A stretch of DNA of 64,000 nt from Microthyrium microscopicum (taxonomy: Eukaryota): NCBI GenBank assembly GCA_010405405.1, contig MU004231.1, positions 2,970,401 to 3,034,400 of the forward strand, in the 5' to 3' direction. A program made the translations under genes and the position numbers. The notes beneath the pieces are model-generated. The model was not told the origin of the DNA, searched no databases, and saw only the letters and a list, made by a program, of their open reading frames with translations. Below are positions 12,584 through 24,927 of the stretch, piece by piece. The stretch's first letter is position 1; each line of letters begins with the position of its first letter.

Positions 12584-14793
12584 TCACACAGGTACCGCTC
12601 TGAGACGGATTGGCACACAATTACTCGGAAGGCCATAGGTGATGGCCGAAAAATCAACATTCCGCCATTCGAGCTGAGCAAGGCCCTGGTGTTTCTCTTT
12701 GCATGCTATATCAAATTAGTTCTGAGCTTAGATTCGTGAAGTTGATATTACTTACCCAAAAAGCCCTTATTGACTCCACCCAACGACTCTTGAACCAACT
12801 CCAAGCTGTCTGTGAGTCTGAATCCAGAAGTGCCTGGCGAATTGTCGATCTTGATATCCTGCCAAGACAAAGTGGACTCAAATTCAAAGTCTATGCTGAC
12901 GGTGAAGCCAGTGGCATCAGCAGTGAACCAATGAAATTGGCCGTTCTCTATGTGGCCAACTTGACCTGTTTGTGGAAATGGCAGTAGAACTGCATCCCAT
13001 GTTCTGTCAGTGGCAGTGGCTATACTTGAAATGAAATAGTTGTTGACACCTATGGAGGGATAGCGATCGGTGACTTCCTCTGCTTTGAAGTAGTAATAGG
13101 TGGGTGGTGGTGGCGAGGGGGATGGTGTGCTTGACGAGGACGTTGTGGAACTTGACGTGCTTGTGCTGGAGGTTGAGCTCGAGGAAGAACTAGTACTTGT
13201 GCTAGAAGAGGAAGTCGATGTGCTTGTGCTAGATGTGGAACTGGTGGACGAGGAGGAGCTGCTACTTGTGGTGGACAAGCTCGTGCTAGAAGTGCTAGAA
13301 GTGCTAGAAGTGCTAGAAGTGCTAGAAGTGCTAGAAGTGCTAGAAGTGCTTGAAGTGCTTGAAGTGCTTGAAGTTGAACTCAAGGACGTTGAACTTGTAG
13401 ACGTTGAACTTGTAGACGTTGAACTTGTAGACGTAGAACTTGTAGACGTAGAACTTGTAGACGTAGAGCTTATAGACGTTGAACTTGCGGACGTTGAACT
13501 TGTGGACGTTGAACTGGTGGACGTTGAACTGGTAGATGTTGAGCTCGTTGAAGTTGAACTTGCGGTGGGTGAGCTTGTAGACGTTGAACTGGTGGACGTT
13601 GAGCTTGTCGACGTTGATTCCGTAGAGGTCGAGCTTGTGGACGTCGAGCTTGTGCTGGTGCTGGATGTGCTGGTGCTGGATGTGCTGGTACTGGATGTGC
13701 TGGTACTGGATGTGCTTGTGCTGGATGTGCTGGTACTTGACGAACTAGTTGAGCTTGTAGATGAATCAGAAGTACTGCTTGTGGTACTGGATGTGCTACT
13801 TGTTGGCGAACTTGTAGTGCTTGTTGAGCTGCTACTTGTCGAACTGGTGCTTGTCGAACTAGTGCTTGTCGAGCTGGTACTTGTCGAAGTACTGCTTGTT
13901 GAGCCAGTACTTGTTGAACTGGTGCTTGCTGTGCTGGTACTAGTTGACGATGTGCTGCTTGTTGAGCTACTACTCGTAGATGTCGAGCTCGTGGAGCTTG
14001 TGCTTGACGTGCTTGGTGAACTTGTAGAAACTGAACTAGTAGAAGTGCTTGAAGTGCTTGAAGTGCTCGACAAGCTGGTAGATGTGGAGCTAGTAGAACT
14101 TGTGCTTGAAGTGCTCAATGAGCTCGTAGAAGTCGAACTGGTCGACGTGCTTGAAGTGCTTGTGCTTGAGGTACTCGTCGAGCTTGTACTAGTAGAGCTG
14201 GCACTAGTCGACGATGTAGAAGAAGGCGATGATGTCGAAGAACTTGAGGTAGATGTAGAGCTAGTACTAGGAACACTCGTCGATGAGCTTGACGACGACG
14301 ACGATGTCGTCGAAGACGTTGTCGTCCTTGTCCTTCGCCATCTTCTCGAAGTACTCGTGCTGGAAGAACTGCTGCTGGAAGAACTAGTGCTTGTCGAGCT
14401 CGAGCTTGACGAACTGCTGCTGCTCGTACTAGTACTGCTGCTAGACGAAGACGAGCTCGTGGAAGTAGACCAGGTTGCACTTGAAGTACTTGGTGGCAGA
14501 TAAGGCGATGGGCTAGGCGGCGGCAAATATCCATGAGAAGTGCAAGACGAAGGGGCAGCATCGAGAGCTTGCTGTCCACAAGCACCGAACCCAACCTGAC
14601 AGCCAGTAAGGCAATGCTCTGGGCTTGTTCCACACCAGCCGTAACTAGAGCAACATTTGCCCTTGTTCGAGCCAGCACAGGTCTGGCCGTTACCACCACA
14701 TTCTCCATCAGTCGAGGGAACTAGGCCTGGACCTTGAGGCAGAGCCTGGACAAGACCAAGGGCCGTAGCCAGAAGAAGGTATGAAAGACGCAT
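12584..14793 (-). CDS. Secreted protein: hevein/CBM18 chitin-binding domain, long Ser/Thr stalk, C-terminal globular domain
   Basis: Signal peptide; STDGECG..C....CCSSYGWCG..PEHC..GCQ..FGAC; ~450-aa S/T tract; intron 12706-12755 gives end FLACKEKHQGLAQLEW...NCVPIRLRAVPV*. Confidence 0.9.
13140..14490. repeat. Coding minisatellites (9-bp gtgctagaa and 15-bp gacgttgaacttgta type units) encoding SST/STSTS repeats
   Basis: Visible tandem arrays, e.g. ~13284-13372 (9-mers) and ~13385-13560 (15-mers). Confidence 0.9.
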
Positions 14794-15534
14794 GATGAAT
14801 GCAAAACGAGAGACAAATAACGAGAGTGTATGTCAGTAACGTAAAACCGGACGAGTGCAAATCAGGAGAAGAAGTCTCCTTGGTGGTTCTGGCATGGCAT
14901 TGTATGATACTTTATATCTGCGTATCTCGGTTCGTCGGATAGGACTTGAGACATTTGGGCATCTACCACAGTCCAGGTCATTGGAGTTCTCGCGGGGTGG
15001 GTTACTCAGAATTAGTCGCGTCAGACCTTAGTTCGTTTGACAGTACCTTTCTATGTTCATAGAAGTCAATGCGGTCTTTGTTCTTGTGCGCCAAATGTAA
15101 TTTTACACCATAAAGTGGTATGGCTGTAGTACAGAGTACGAACCATATGCACTATGGGCTAGTCACGTTGCAAGTCAGGAACAGAAGACTTGTATCCAGG
15201 AAGACGACCCGGTGCTAATCAATCGGAGTTGGCCTAAACACAACTGAATAGGAAAGCCTGTCTAGATGCTTGTCAGTATAGATGAGGAAACGAGTTTTGA
15301 TATAGCCAGATAAGAGAGATGAGTGACTGTCGTCCCAAGATTGGAAACCAGACTGCGCCATTGGTAGTACTAGATATCAGTCTAACGTTGCAATGAGTGC
15401 ACTTATGGGCGTTTTATGAGCAGGAGGATGATTAGAGCAATTCAAGGCGTTATATGATTACTAGTTTCCGGCTAGATAGGAGGTCGCCCGCGGACCTAAT
15501 CTCGTAAAGATGTTGGACGAAGAGTACTGGTGAA

Positions 15535-17759
15535 TCATCCGCGGCCACGCAACGGCGAGCTTCGTATCCATGAATCTCCATCAATATCGACCTCAGTGTC
15601 ATCTGTAATTTCCTCATCCGGAGCATCGGGTAATTCACCATCAGGACTGTGGACTGGACTAAGTGCAATCCGAGGTCTGCTTCGAAAAACACTAGCATAT
15701 TCGGCATCCTCAGAAAACAGCTTTTCAGTGGGAGTAGCATCCCGCATTGGCGCAGGCCGCGGCTTGCCTGGCGTCTCAAACTGGTTAACAGGGAAGGCTA
15801 CGCTTTGTCTGTTCTTCTTGACCGATATCGATTGACGAGATCGAGAATTTGCAGCAAGATGTGCCATGGATTGCTGTGTTCGTTCAAGTAAGCTCGCGCG
15901 CCGGTCAGCTACTGAAGGTCCAAAAGCAATAATTGAGGTATCTTCTTTGGAATACGACTCGGTCGGGTGCAAATAGACTTGGGACTGAGAAATCGAGTTA
16001 GCTTGGAAGAGTGAAAGGCGTGTTCGCTCAGCCAAAGACATTCTATTTCCAGGAGAAGCGGATCTTGCTCTCATGGCTGCGATTTCGGCTATATCTTCGC
16101 CAGAATAGGAAGTACTAGCTTCTGATCTGTCGGCGACAGAACCGTTTACCAGGGAATCGTCATCAATATCATCATCTGGTAGCACAACCTTAGGCGTAGG
16201 TGGTGGAGTAGGCTCGTGCATGGTTTCTGCACAATCAGGTACGCGCGAAATCTCTGCGCCGCCTGCAGAGCTTGGGGGGCTTTGCATATTGCTCGAAGAT
16301 GAGGATGCGCTTCTTCCATTTAGTCGAAATGACTTGGATGGAGAGAAAATACGGCTTAGGGGAACGGCAGTGCTGCTAATTCCATTGTATGAAAATGCAC
16401 CTGATAATGGTCTATTCGAAATAGGCTGAGGTGGCGGTCTCATGTTATTCATAGCTTCGGAGGTAGGCCTGAAATCACGTTGTTGTTTTTGTTCTTCCAC
16501 GTTGACAAGATTGGACAAAGGTGCTACCGGAATGGCTTTTGGCTTTGAGACTTCTTCCAGCTCATACTTTAGGTCCGCTAGAATAGCTTGGAGCTCCGGA
16601 TTCGATATGTAACTCTTTTCCAGGGGCTGAGTTTTTGGCTGATTAGCTTTCAGGTGTAGACCTGTATGCTTCTGGAATTCGAATGCGGTTCTCAACTTGG
16701 CGGCATGCGTCAATCCTGGCGCTACGGAAGATGCTGATTGAGAGCTGTGAGCCATGTCTTTGTGGAAAGCGCGCCATTTGCTCAATCTAGCCTGCTGCTC
16801 ATTGACACGTCGTTCAAGGCTTTCTATCAAGCCGACAGATTCCAAGTCAGGCTGAAGTGTGCCACCACCAACAACAACACCCCAGACGTCAGCGAAAGGT
16901 CGTTTCAACGGCTGATCACCGGCATTTGTCTCATCTCCGTAGAGTAAAGCGCGTGGCCATTTACTGTTACCCAACCAGTTGTCTCGTACCTCCTTTTCCA
17001 CTTTTGATGCTTCAGCTGCATCTGTTGCAGGCCGTTCAGCAAGATTGCACTCTCGATTTCGTAACATGAGCTGATTGTTCTTTTGGTCCAGAAGGTCAGA
17101 AAAGTCCTGGCAGCGAAGTTTGGCCTCGGCTTTCTTGTGTAATAGCAATGCTAGAGAGGATCGATGTGCAACAGCAAGAGGTAATAGAGAGCCTTGATCA
17201 ACGGCTTCCAGCATGGTCGCCGTGGCTAGACCCAGTGCTACTGGCTTACGTGACTTGTCCTTTGTGATGCGAGGTACAGCAACCTTTTTGACTACGGCGG
17301 TAGAGAATACGACAAGTACTTCCAAGAATTTGTCGCCGCGGCAATCATCAAGCATTGTCTTGCGGAGTACGGTCTCTCTTCCGAGCAAGCCATTTTTCTT
17401 GACGTCGTTCAATAACCGATAAAGCGCGCTGCGAAGGTTCAAGGATTGTAGTGGTTCGAGTGGAGGGAAGAATGGTTGCAGTTTCTGGATTAAAAGGTCA
17501 GCTTCCTAGCAGGCAGTGTTTATATGATATTTTTCTTGCTTACGTCGCGCGTCTCGTTGGCATCCCATAGCTCAAACAAGCGGTACAAGGACCATTCAGC
17601 GCATCTTATGCGTGCTTTCTGGTCCTGACCTTGGACATCTTTTGAGCAGAAGGATCCAGAGGAAATGTTTGGCCAGTCATTGCGTCGATCCAGATCAAGA
17701 AGACGAAGGTTGGAAAGGAAAAGCTCCGCCAGGGAGGGTCTGAAGGTTGGAGCAGCCAT
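15535..17759 (-). CDS. Augmin complex subunit with HAUS6 N-terminal domain
   Basis: LFLSNLRLLDLD...EWSLYRLFELWD..ETRD-KLQPFFPPLEPLQSLNLRSAL (intron 17485-17543), VLRKTMLDDCRG; low-complexity C-terminus with YASVFRSRPRIALSP. Confidence 0.85.
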
Positions 17760-18571
17760 AATTCATGATCTTCGTGCTAGGATTGAAGCTGTCAGGACAT
17801 GGGGAAATGGCAAGCAATTGGGAGAAAATGAATACCAAACGTGGTGAAAGAAGGAAAGGCAAGCAAAGAAAAAGAAGAGAGGTGAAACGTTTGGCTAGGA
17901 TAGGGGAATGGAAGATCAAAAGAGGCGTTGTGTTGATGAACAGAAAGCACGACGCAGGGAGTTATGCGCAGTTGCTGCAAGTTGCAATGCTGACTGTCTT
18001 GTTTGGCAGGAACGTTGGCTTGTGGGGGCTTGCTAAGTGCTTGCCAGGTTGGGGGAGTGACTGCCTGGCTCGCGTTTTGGACAGGGAAGCCTCAGGAAGT
18101 TGCAGACCAGGGCGCGAGGTAAGTGCAACACACGGCAACAGCAACCACTTGCTCGCGACTGCCTTCAAGCAATTTGATGGACCGCTCTTGCCAATTTCAA
18201 ATACAAACAACGACCTGCCTGCTCTTTGGCCCTGTGTAGATTGTTCGGCGAGGACCCTGATTGCTAAGAAGAAATAGAATTGGGTTTAGATGAAAGAAGA
18301 GCCAGGAACCAGGTACACTGGGCATGACTGGCGGATCATGACATGTGTTTCAAACTTTCAATTGTTGATTGCCCCACTGTTGTCAATTTATGGCACATCG
18401 CAAACTGTGTTGAGCTTGGGAGCAACCACTAACAATTGTTATCGCATCCACATTTAAACAATCCTACAATTCCTCTACTGCTGTACTTCCATAAAACCCT
18501 CCACCCTCACTTGAATTCAATCGCTTCTCTTCGCCAACTTCATTCGCGAAAACCTTCGCTGATTCCACACA

Positions 18572-19552
18572 ATGGCCGAAAGCGCCAACAACCCAGCTCC
18601 TCCAACAGACGGTAATTTCGATCACCAGATCACAGCTTCTCTTACCCATCTATCTCTAGGCAAAGCAAAGTCCAAATTCGTCCGAACCAGCAGCATCCCC
18701 GTACTCCCCAACGGAGTATGGACCCCTGAAACAGGTACGTACAACCCACAACCTTCAATTCCCCCAAGCGCTTATCATACTAACACACCATAGTCCTCAA
18801 AACCCTCGATGAACGACCCAAAGAAAACACATCAAGTCCAATCCCCTTCTTCCACCTCCTAGAGCGCCTCAAAACCAACAAACGCGAAGGATGGCGCCGC
18901 TTCGAAATCCTCACTGGCGAATCCATCTCTGACCACATGTACCGCATGGCCATAATCACCATGGTCGCGCCTGCCTCCCTCACATCCACGCTAGATATGA
19001 ACAAGTGTACGCGCATGGCCCTCGTGCATGATATGGCCGAACTACTTGTTGGTGATATTACGCCTGCGGATGGGGTGGAGAAAGATGAGAAACATCGACG
19101 GGAACGTCTCAGTATGGATTTCTTGACAAAGAAGATGTTGGGTGGTGTGGATGCAGGAGTGAGAGGGGAAGAACTGAGTAAGCTATGGTGGGAATACGAG
19201 AAGGCGGAGACAAAGGAAAGTGTGTTTGTGCATGATGTTGATAAGCTGGAGTTGTTGTTGCAGATGATGGAGTATGAGAGGAGTCATCCGGAGAAGGATT
19301 TGAGTGAGTTTCTGTATGTGGCGACGAAGGTTCAGACACCGGAGTTGAGAGAGTGGTGTAAGGAGTTGGCGGAGGAACACCGACTCGCTTGGGAGAAGAA
19401 GGGACGGTAAGTTGCTCGTCTGATCGCAAAATGTATAACATGCTGACACCATTAACAGCAAGAGCTGGCAAGTCCTGACACCTGACCTCGAGTTGGTAAA
19501 AGACCTGAAGCTCAAAGCAACGCTCGAGTACTACAAGAAAGAGGAAGAATAA
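18572..19552 (+). CDS. HD-domain 5'-deoxynucleotidase (HDDC2-like)
   Basis: FFHLLERLKTNKREGWRRF..ESISDHMYRM, MALVHDMAE..VGDITP, VHDVDKLE; introns 18735-18793 and 19407-19458. Confidence 0.92.
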
Positions 19553-19774
19553 TGAGACATGGAAAAGACTTGATTATAATGTTTTCTGATAATTGTAGAT
19601 ATATCAACTAGAGGTTATTACCAGACCATCATTAGAGTACGATATCCACGCTACAAACACAATAGATCGGCAACATGCCTGATTACACTAAATACTCAAC
19701 CTCCCAAATTCCAGCACCGCAGTGGACACCATATATCGACAACATCCACTCCACCATCTTCCCCCATTCACCCA

Positions 19775-20861
19775 TCATACACCACCATCAGCAGTCTCAG
19801 CCTTTGACCTCCGTGCACTACCCGGCTTAATAAAGTTCGACAAATCCCCAACCGGCAACGCAAACGGAAAATCCAAACTCGCCAACATAATCGCCGCAAA
19901 AATCCACCACCCCACCACACACGTTACAAACAGTATGCCGCCACTCGCCTTCTGCAGCGTCGCACTCGTTGCCATATTCCCATTCGCCGCTTGCCAATAC
20001 GTCGCGCTCAAACAACTGAATGCCAACACTAGCGAGAAGAAGATGATGACAAAGGCGACGTTGGTGCGTAAAGAGCAGACGAGGTAGATTAGACAGACGA
20101 GGCCCATGAAGACGAAGAAGAAGGCGAAGGACGCGTAGTAGGCGGCCGTGTCTTGGCCGTAGGCGGATTGGGCGGCGTACGCGGGCGTGAATGTTGCGCC
20201 GAGGGAGAGCCAGTAGGCGCCTGGGGATTGTTAGTTGGGAGATTTGGTGGTTGGGGAAAGGGGTGGTTACCGAAGCTGGAGAATACTACGAAGGGGAATG
20301 TGTTGCCGAGTAGCCACTGGAGGAGCTGTTAGTGATGCGTTTGATCTGAGGAGTGAGGGTGTATGTATGTACTTCGCCAAGACCACCGAGGATCATGAGG
20401 AGACCGCCGAAGAAGTAGTATGTTCCTACGCCTGCTGCGCCGACGCCGACGCCGCCGGTGCCTCGCCAGCCCATTAGGTCGCAGGCGAGAGGGTTCAGAG
20501 CAATTAGAAAGCCGATCAGGGCGCTGGGATGGTCAGTGTTGGATGTTGGTTAGAGTCGTGAGTTGGACGTACAGTGGTGTGGGATTAGCAAAGGTCTTTC
20601 GAAGATCTCCTTTGACGTTGTTTGCTGGCGATAGATATAACTTCTCAAACAGCTCAGGAGAAATGGAGATGCTGCCAGCTGTTCGAATCCGATGAAGTGC
20701 TTGATCCTGGGTCATACTTGGATGGAGGAAGTCTCCACCATTGCCTTGTACAAATTCAGTTTACAGTTCGTCTTGACGATGGAATGCTGATGCTTACTAT
20801 GTCCATTGCCATAGTCCTTGTGGATAGGTGGTGAATGTTCACTATGTAAATCTCCTGACAT
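19775..20861 (-). CDS. GPR1/FUN34/YaaH (Ady2/SatP-type) acetate or ammonia transporter
   Basis: ISISPELFEKLYLSP..VKGDLRKTFANPTPL, TYYFFGGLLMILGG, CSLRTNV; several short introns; multi-TM. Confidence 0.9.
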
Positions 20862-21906
20862 GATGTATGATTTGATACTTGAAAGACAATAACAGTAGGG
20901 GTATCACTTTGAAAAGAGTAATGAAACAACAACAGAGTCTGGGCAAAGAGATGAATAAGATGAATCGAGGAATCATCTGGTTATAACAGAGCACAATTAA
21001 AAGGGGCGAAATACACGGAACAAGGGAACATTGATGCGGACTTTCTTCCATCAGCTGGTCTTCTCCGCAAACGACTACTTCCTACAGGTACCCCAGATTC
21101 TCCAATGTGGATATAGCAGTTGCATGTCTCCCATAGCGTGGTTTACTGCACTATCCGTCCAGTTGACGCACAGGATACTAAACGAACGAGGAGTAGTGCT
21201 GCTTTTGACATTGCGGAGCTCCACATGGACTACGGGCTTCATTCCTGAACAAGTCGTCGTTGAGGTTGATCAAGCAGACCAAGCAGGCATGGAGAAGGCT
21301 GCAGAAGGGCGATTGTCATTGGTCGGCCGCGTGCTAGTTCTTTAGTCCCCAAGGTTCCCTAGAATCATTTTAGAGCTCTCCCCAGATTCATGCGCACGAC
21401 TGCGGAACCGCAAGCCGTCATATTGAACGCCACGAGTTCCTGCAGCTTAGTTGGGAGTTCGCATCTTATTAAGCTTTGAAAATCTGGGGAATGGCCTTAG
21501 TCACTTGTTGGATATTGAATATATTGAAGTCGGCACAGTTATGTTGTTTCATTGAAGTTTTCCAATTTTTCGTCGAGACGTCGTCATAAAAGTCTGAACC
21601 CCGCAAGAGTATTTGGAAAACATCCATTCGAGGTAACAATGCAATTTTTTAAATCCGGTCCAACGCAAGCGAGATCATTGGCGATCCCGTGTGCAAGGTT
21701 TGAATCTCGCGAGAAATGACGGCCGCTCGCATGGTACCAGGTAATAATCATGGGTGGTTGGTTGGATCATTTGTTCAAGGATCCGGGCCAAAGGGATATC
21801 CACCAAAACGCGGAATTTATTCTCTCCACGGGGTCTGTTGGAACAAAACGAAGCATGTTTCCAAACACACGATGGAATTAGCGATGCGCTGCAAGCATTT
21901 CTGCGC

Positions 21907-24325
21907 TCAAAATTTGCCTTTGGGCTTGAATGGCTTCTTGGCTTTGGCTGCGCCGCTGGTGTTTGCTGGCTTCGCTTTCTTGGTTGGCTTTTTGATGGCT
22001 GCAGCAGCATCGCCTTTACCCTTTTTCCACATTCGGACATCTGTTCTTTCAGATTTCATGTCGAGCTTCTTCTTCTCCTTGCCACTGAGCTTTTTCTTGG
22101 TCTTCTTTCCAAGTACAAGTTCGCCATTCAACTCTGCTCTTCCTACGTCTCTTGCTTCCTTCTTTGCATCTTGACTCTCGAACCAAGTGCGTTTCGGTCG
22201 TGACTTGATTTCATCCTCGTGAACGACTAGATTTTCACCCTTTCGAATGTCACGCTCCACGTTGTTCATAGACTTTTCTTCCTTCTCTTCCAAAAGAACT
22301 GCATCAATGTCTTCTTGCAGATCCTCGAGTCGTTTTGACCATGCGTCTGCTTCTTCAGGAGGAACGGTGCGACTTGCAATCTTCGCTCCTTGAGCTCGTG
22401 CAGATTTGACTGCTGCCTTTACCACTTTTCGATCAGGTTCGGCAGCTATAGTGCAAGCGCGACCTGTTCGACCTGCACGGGCTGTTCTTCCTACACGATG
22501 AAGATATATTTCATGGGTCTGAGGCGCTTCGTAGTTGATGACCGTGTTGACATTTTTGATATCGAGACCACGAGAAGCAAGATCTGTTGCAAGAAGGTAA
22601 GAAGCCTGTCCAGAGCGAAATGCCTCAACTGCGTGAATTCTCTGCACACTGTTAGCACCAAAGCGTGTGGGTCGTCAAATACATCTATCTTACCTGCTCT
22701 TGGCTCATACTTCCGTGTAACTCTGCAGCCTTTAGTCCGCACAATCCAAAGATAACTCTAACACGATGTGCTTCCTTCTTTTGACGGAAGAAGACAATAA
22801 CGCGATCCTCGTAAGCATGTTCACATAGCCACATGAGGTATGCCAGGCGTTTATCTTCCCTTCCAGGTCTGAGTCGAACAAATTCTTGCACCAAGCCAGA
22901 AACTGTTTGCTTTTTGGCATCAACGAGTAGTCGAGCTGGTCGGTTCATGCCAACTCTAATGAGCTTGTCGATATCGTCCGTCATAGTAGCAGAGAACAGC
23001 ATTGTTTGGCGAGACTTGGGAATTGTGTTGAGGATTTCATTGAGTTCGTCGGCGAAACCGTCTTCCAGCATGCGATCGGCTTCGTCCAGAACCAGGATCT
23101 CCAAAGTATCAACAGCAAAGCTGGGTGAATTTCGCATGTGATCAATGAATCGACCGGGAGTGGCAATGATTATGTCGGGTCTTTTCTTCAGCACTTGTTC
23201 TTGTTCTCTGACGCTGTATCCACCAACAATTTGTGCAAAGGTAATATCTGTGAAGCTTGCCATCTTTTTCGAAACGTTGAAGCACTGGACAGCCAATTCT
23301 CTTGTGGGCATGAGTATAGCAACTCGTGTTGTCGGCACCTTTTTAGGTCGATACAAAAGGCGCTCCAGTATCGGAATGATAAATGCAGCAGTCTTACCAG
23401 ATCCTGTTACTGCTCCACCAACCACATCTTTTCCTTCAAGTGCGATGGGAACCGTCTTTGTCTGGATAGGAGTGGGTTCGTTGAATCCAATTGCTGCGAG
23501 GCCTTTGAGAATAGGTCTAGATAACGACATATCTTGAAATGACATGGTACCGGAAGCTTTTGACTTCGATTTTGAAACTGGGACCTCTGGAGCGAAGAAG
23601 GCAGCTTTTCGTTGAGCAGTGGCCGCGTCTTCCTTTTCCTCGTCAGAAGAGCCACTTTCCAGATCCATGGGGTGAGGCACGACGGATGCTACAGATTCAT
23701 TGTCCGAAGCACCATTCTCTTCATCAGCCGCGTCCTCTGCATCTCCAGCGTCGTCTTCCCCCTCAGACTCTGTGTCCTCATGGCTTTGCTCCGAGTCCTC
23801 GGATTCCGTACCCATTCCAAAGGCGTCAGCGGCGAGTAGCTCATCGTCATCATCAATTCCATTGAAGACATCTTCATCGTCTTCATCCACCTCTTCATCT
23901 GCAACAGCTACCAATTCTTCCTTGCTCTTGTTTTTGCGCCGCGATATTATAGAGTCAATGTCTACACCTTTCTTATCTCCTGATTTTTTCTCAATATCTT
24001 CAGTGTCTTGACCCCAGCCATCAAAGTCGTCAATGACACCAGTAGTTTCGCCAACTATAAATTCGAAATCAGAAGCCATGGCGCCGTCATCCTCGCCCTG
24101 ATCAGCCCAGTTTCCTTCTTCATTATCGCTTGTTTCCGGAGCAGGCTTTAGATCGGCGACTGTGGTCTTCTTCTGTTTCTTGTTGGTGGTCGAAGAGGTA
24201 CCGTTTTCGTGTTTACGCTTCTTGGAAGGTTTTGCTGCGGGTGCTTCGTCTTCGGAGGACTCGAGTGGTGCGTCTTCATTGTCAGAAAGAGTAAAGACAA
24301 AATCCTCCTCGCGAGCTGGAGCCAT
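21907..24325 (-). CDS. DRS1: Nucleolar DEAD-box RNA helicase (DDX27 orthologue)
   Basis: Acidic N-terminus; [48 protein letters not shown]; intron 22642-22693. Confidence 0.95.
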
Positions 24326-24927
24326 TATGAAGGAAGGAGGAGAGTTCGGAAGTGGCGGACGGAGAAGTATGGTGGATTGCTAAGGATTACTGAACGTGTT
24401 GTTGAATCGATTTCCGAGCCTTGAACTTTTTTTCTGCACAGTAGTTGAAAAACAGCGGGACCAATCACAAACTCCTAGATTTTAGGCGGGGCAGGAACGA
24501 CCTGAACAGAAGGGAAAGAGCAGGGGGCGTCGAGGTCGGAGTTAGTCCCGAGACTCTCGACAATATTTAAGAGTGACCAAGCTTTCCACGCCTTTTGTTG
24601 ATTGGCTCATGGGTCACTCCTGCCTGCACCTGGTTTGCAGCAGCAGCACATGTCGTCTGCTTTGAGCGAAGCATCATCCGATCTGGACGTGGGACACTCT
24701 GCATCATTTTATCCCTCACTAATTCGTTCCTTCTCATCTTTCAAAGCCTTTGCTTCTTTGGGACCCTCTCGACGCAAGCCTCACCTCCCCTCTTGAAGAT
24801 AGCACATCATGCCATCCTTGAACCCCGTGCTTCTATCGCGTTGACCTTATCTATCGCGTCCCATTTGCCAACTCACCGGCCTTATTGCTGGAGCGCATGC
24901 TCTAGCACCCTTCTCCTGATATAAACC

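Noticed and set aside
13100..14503. 467-aa plus-strand V/L/E/D-rich ORF
   Set aside because: Antisense shadow of the Ser/Thr repeat codons of the chitin-binding gene; no independent coding evidence.
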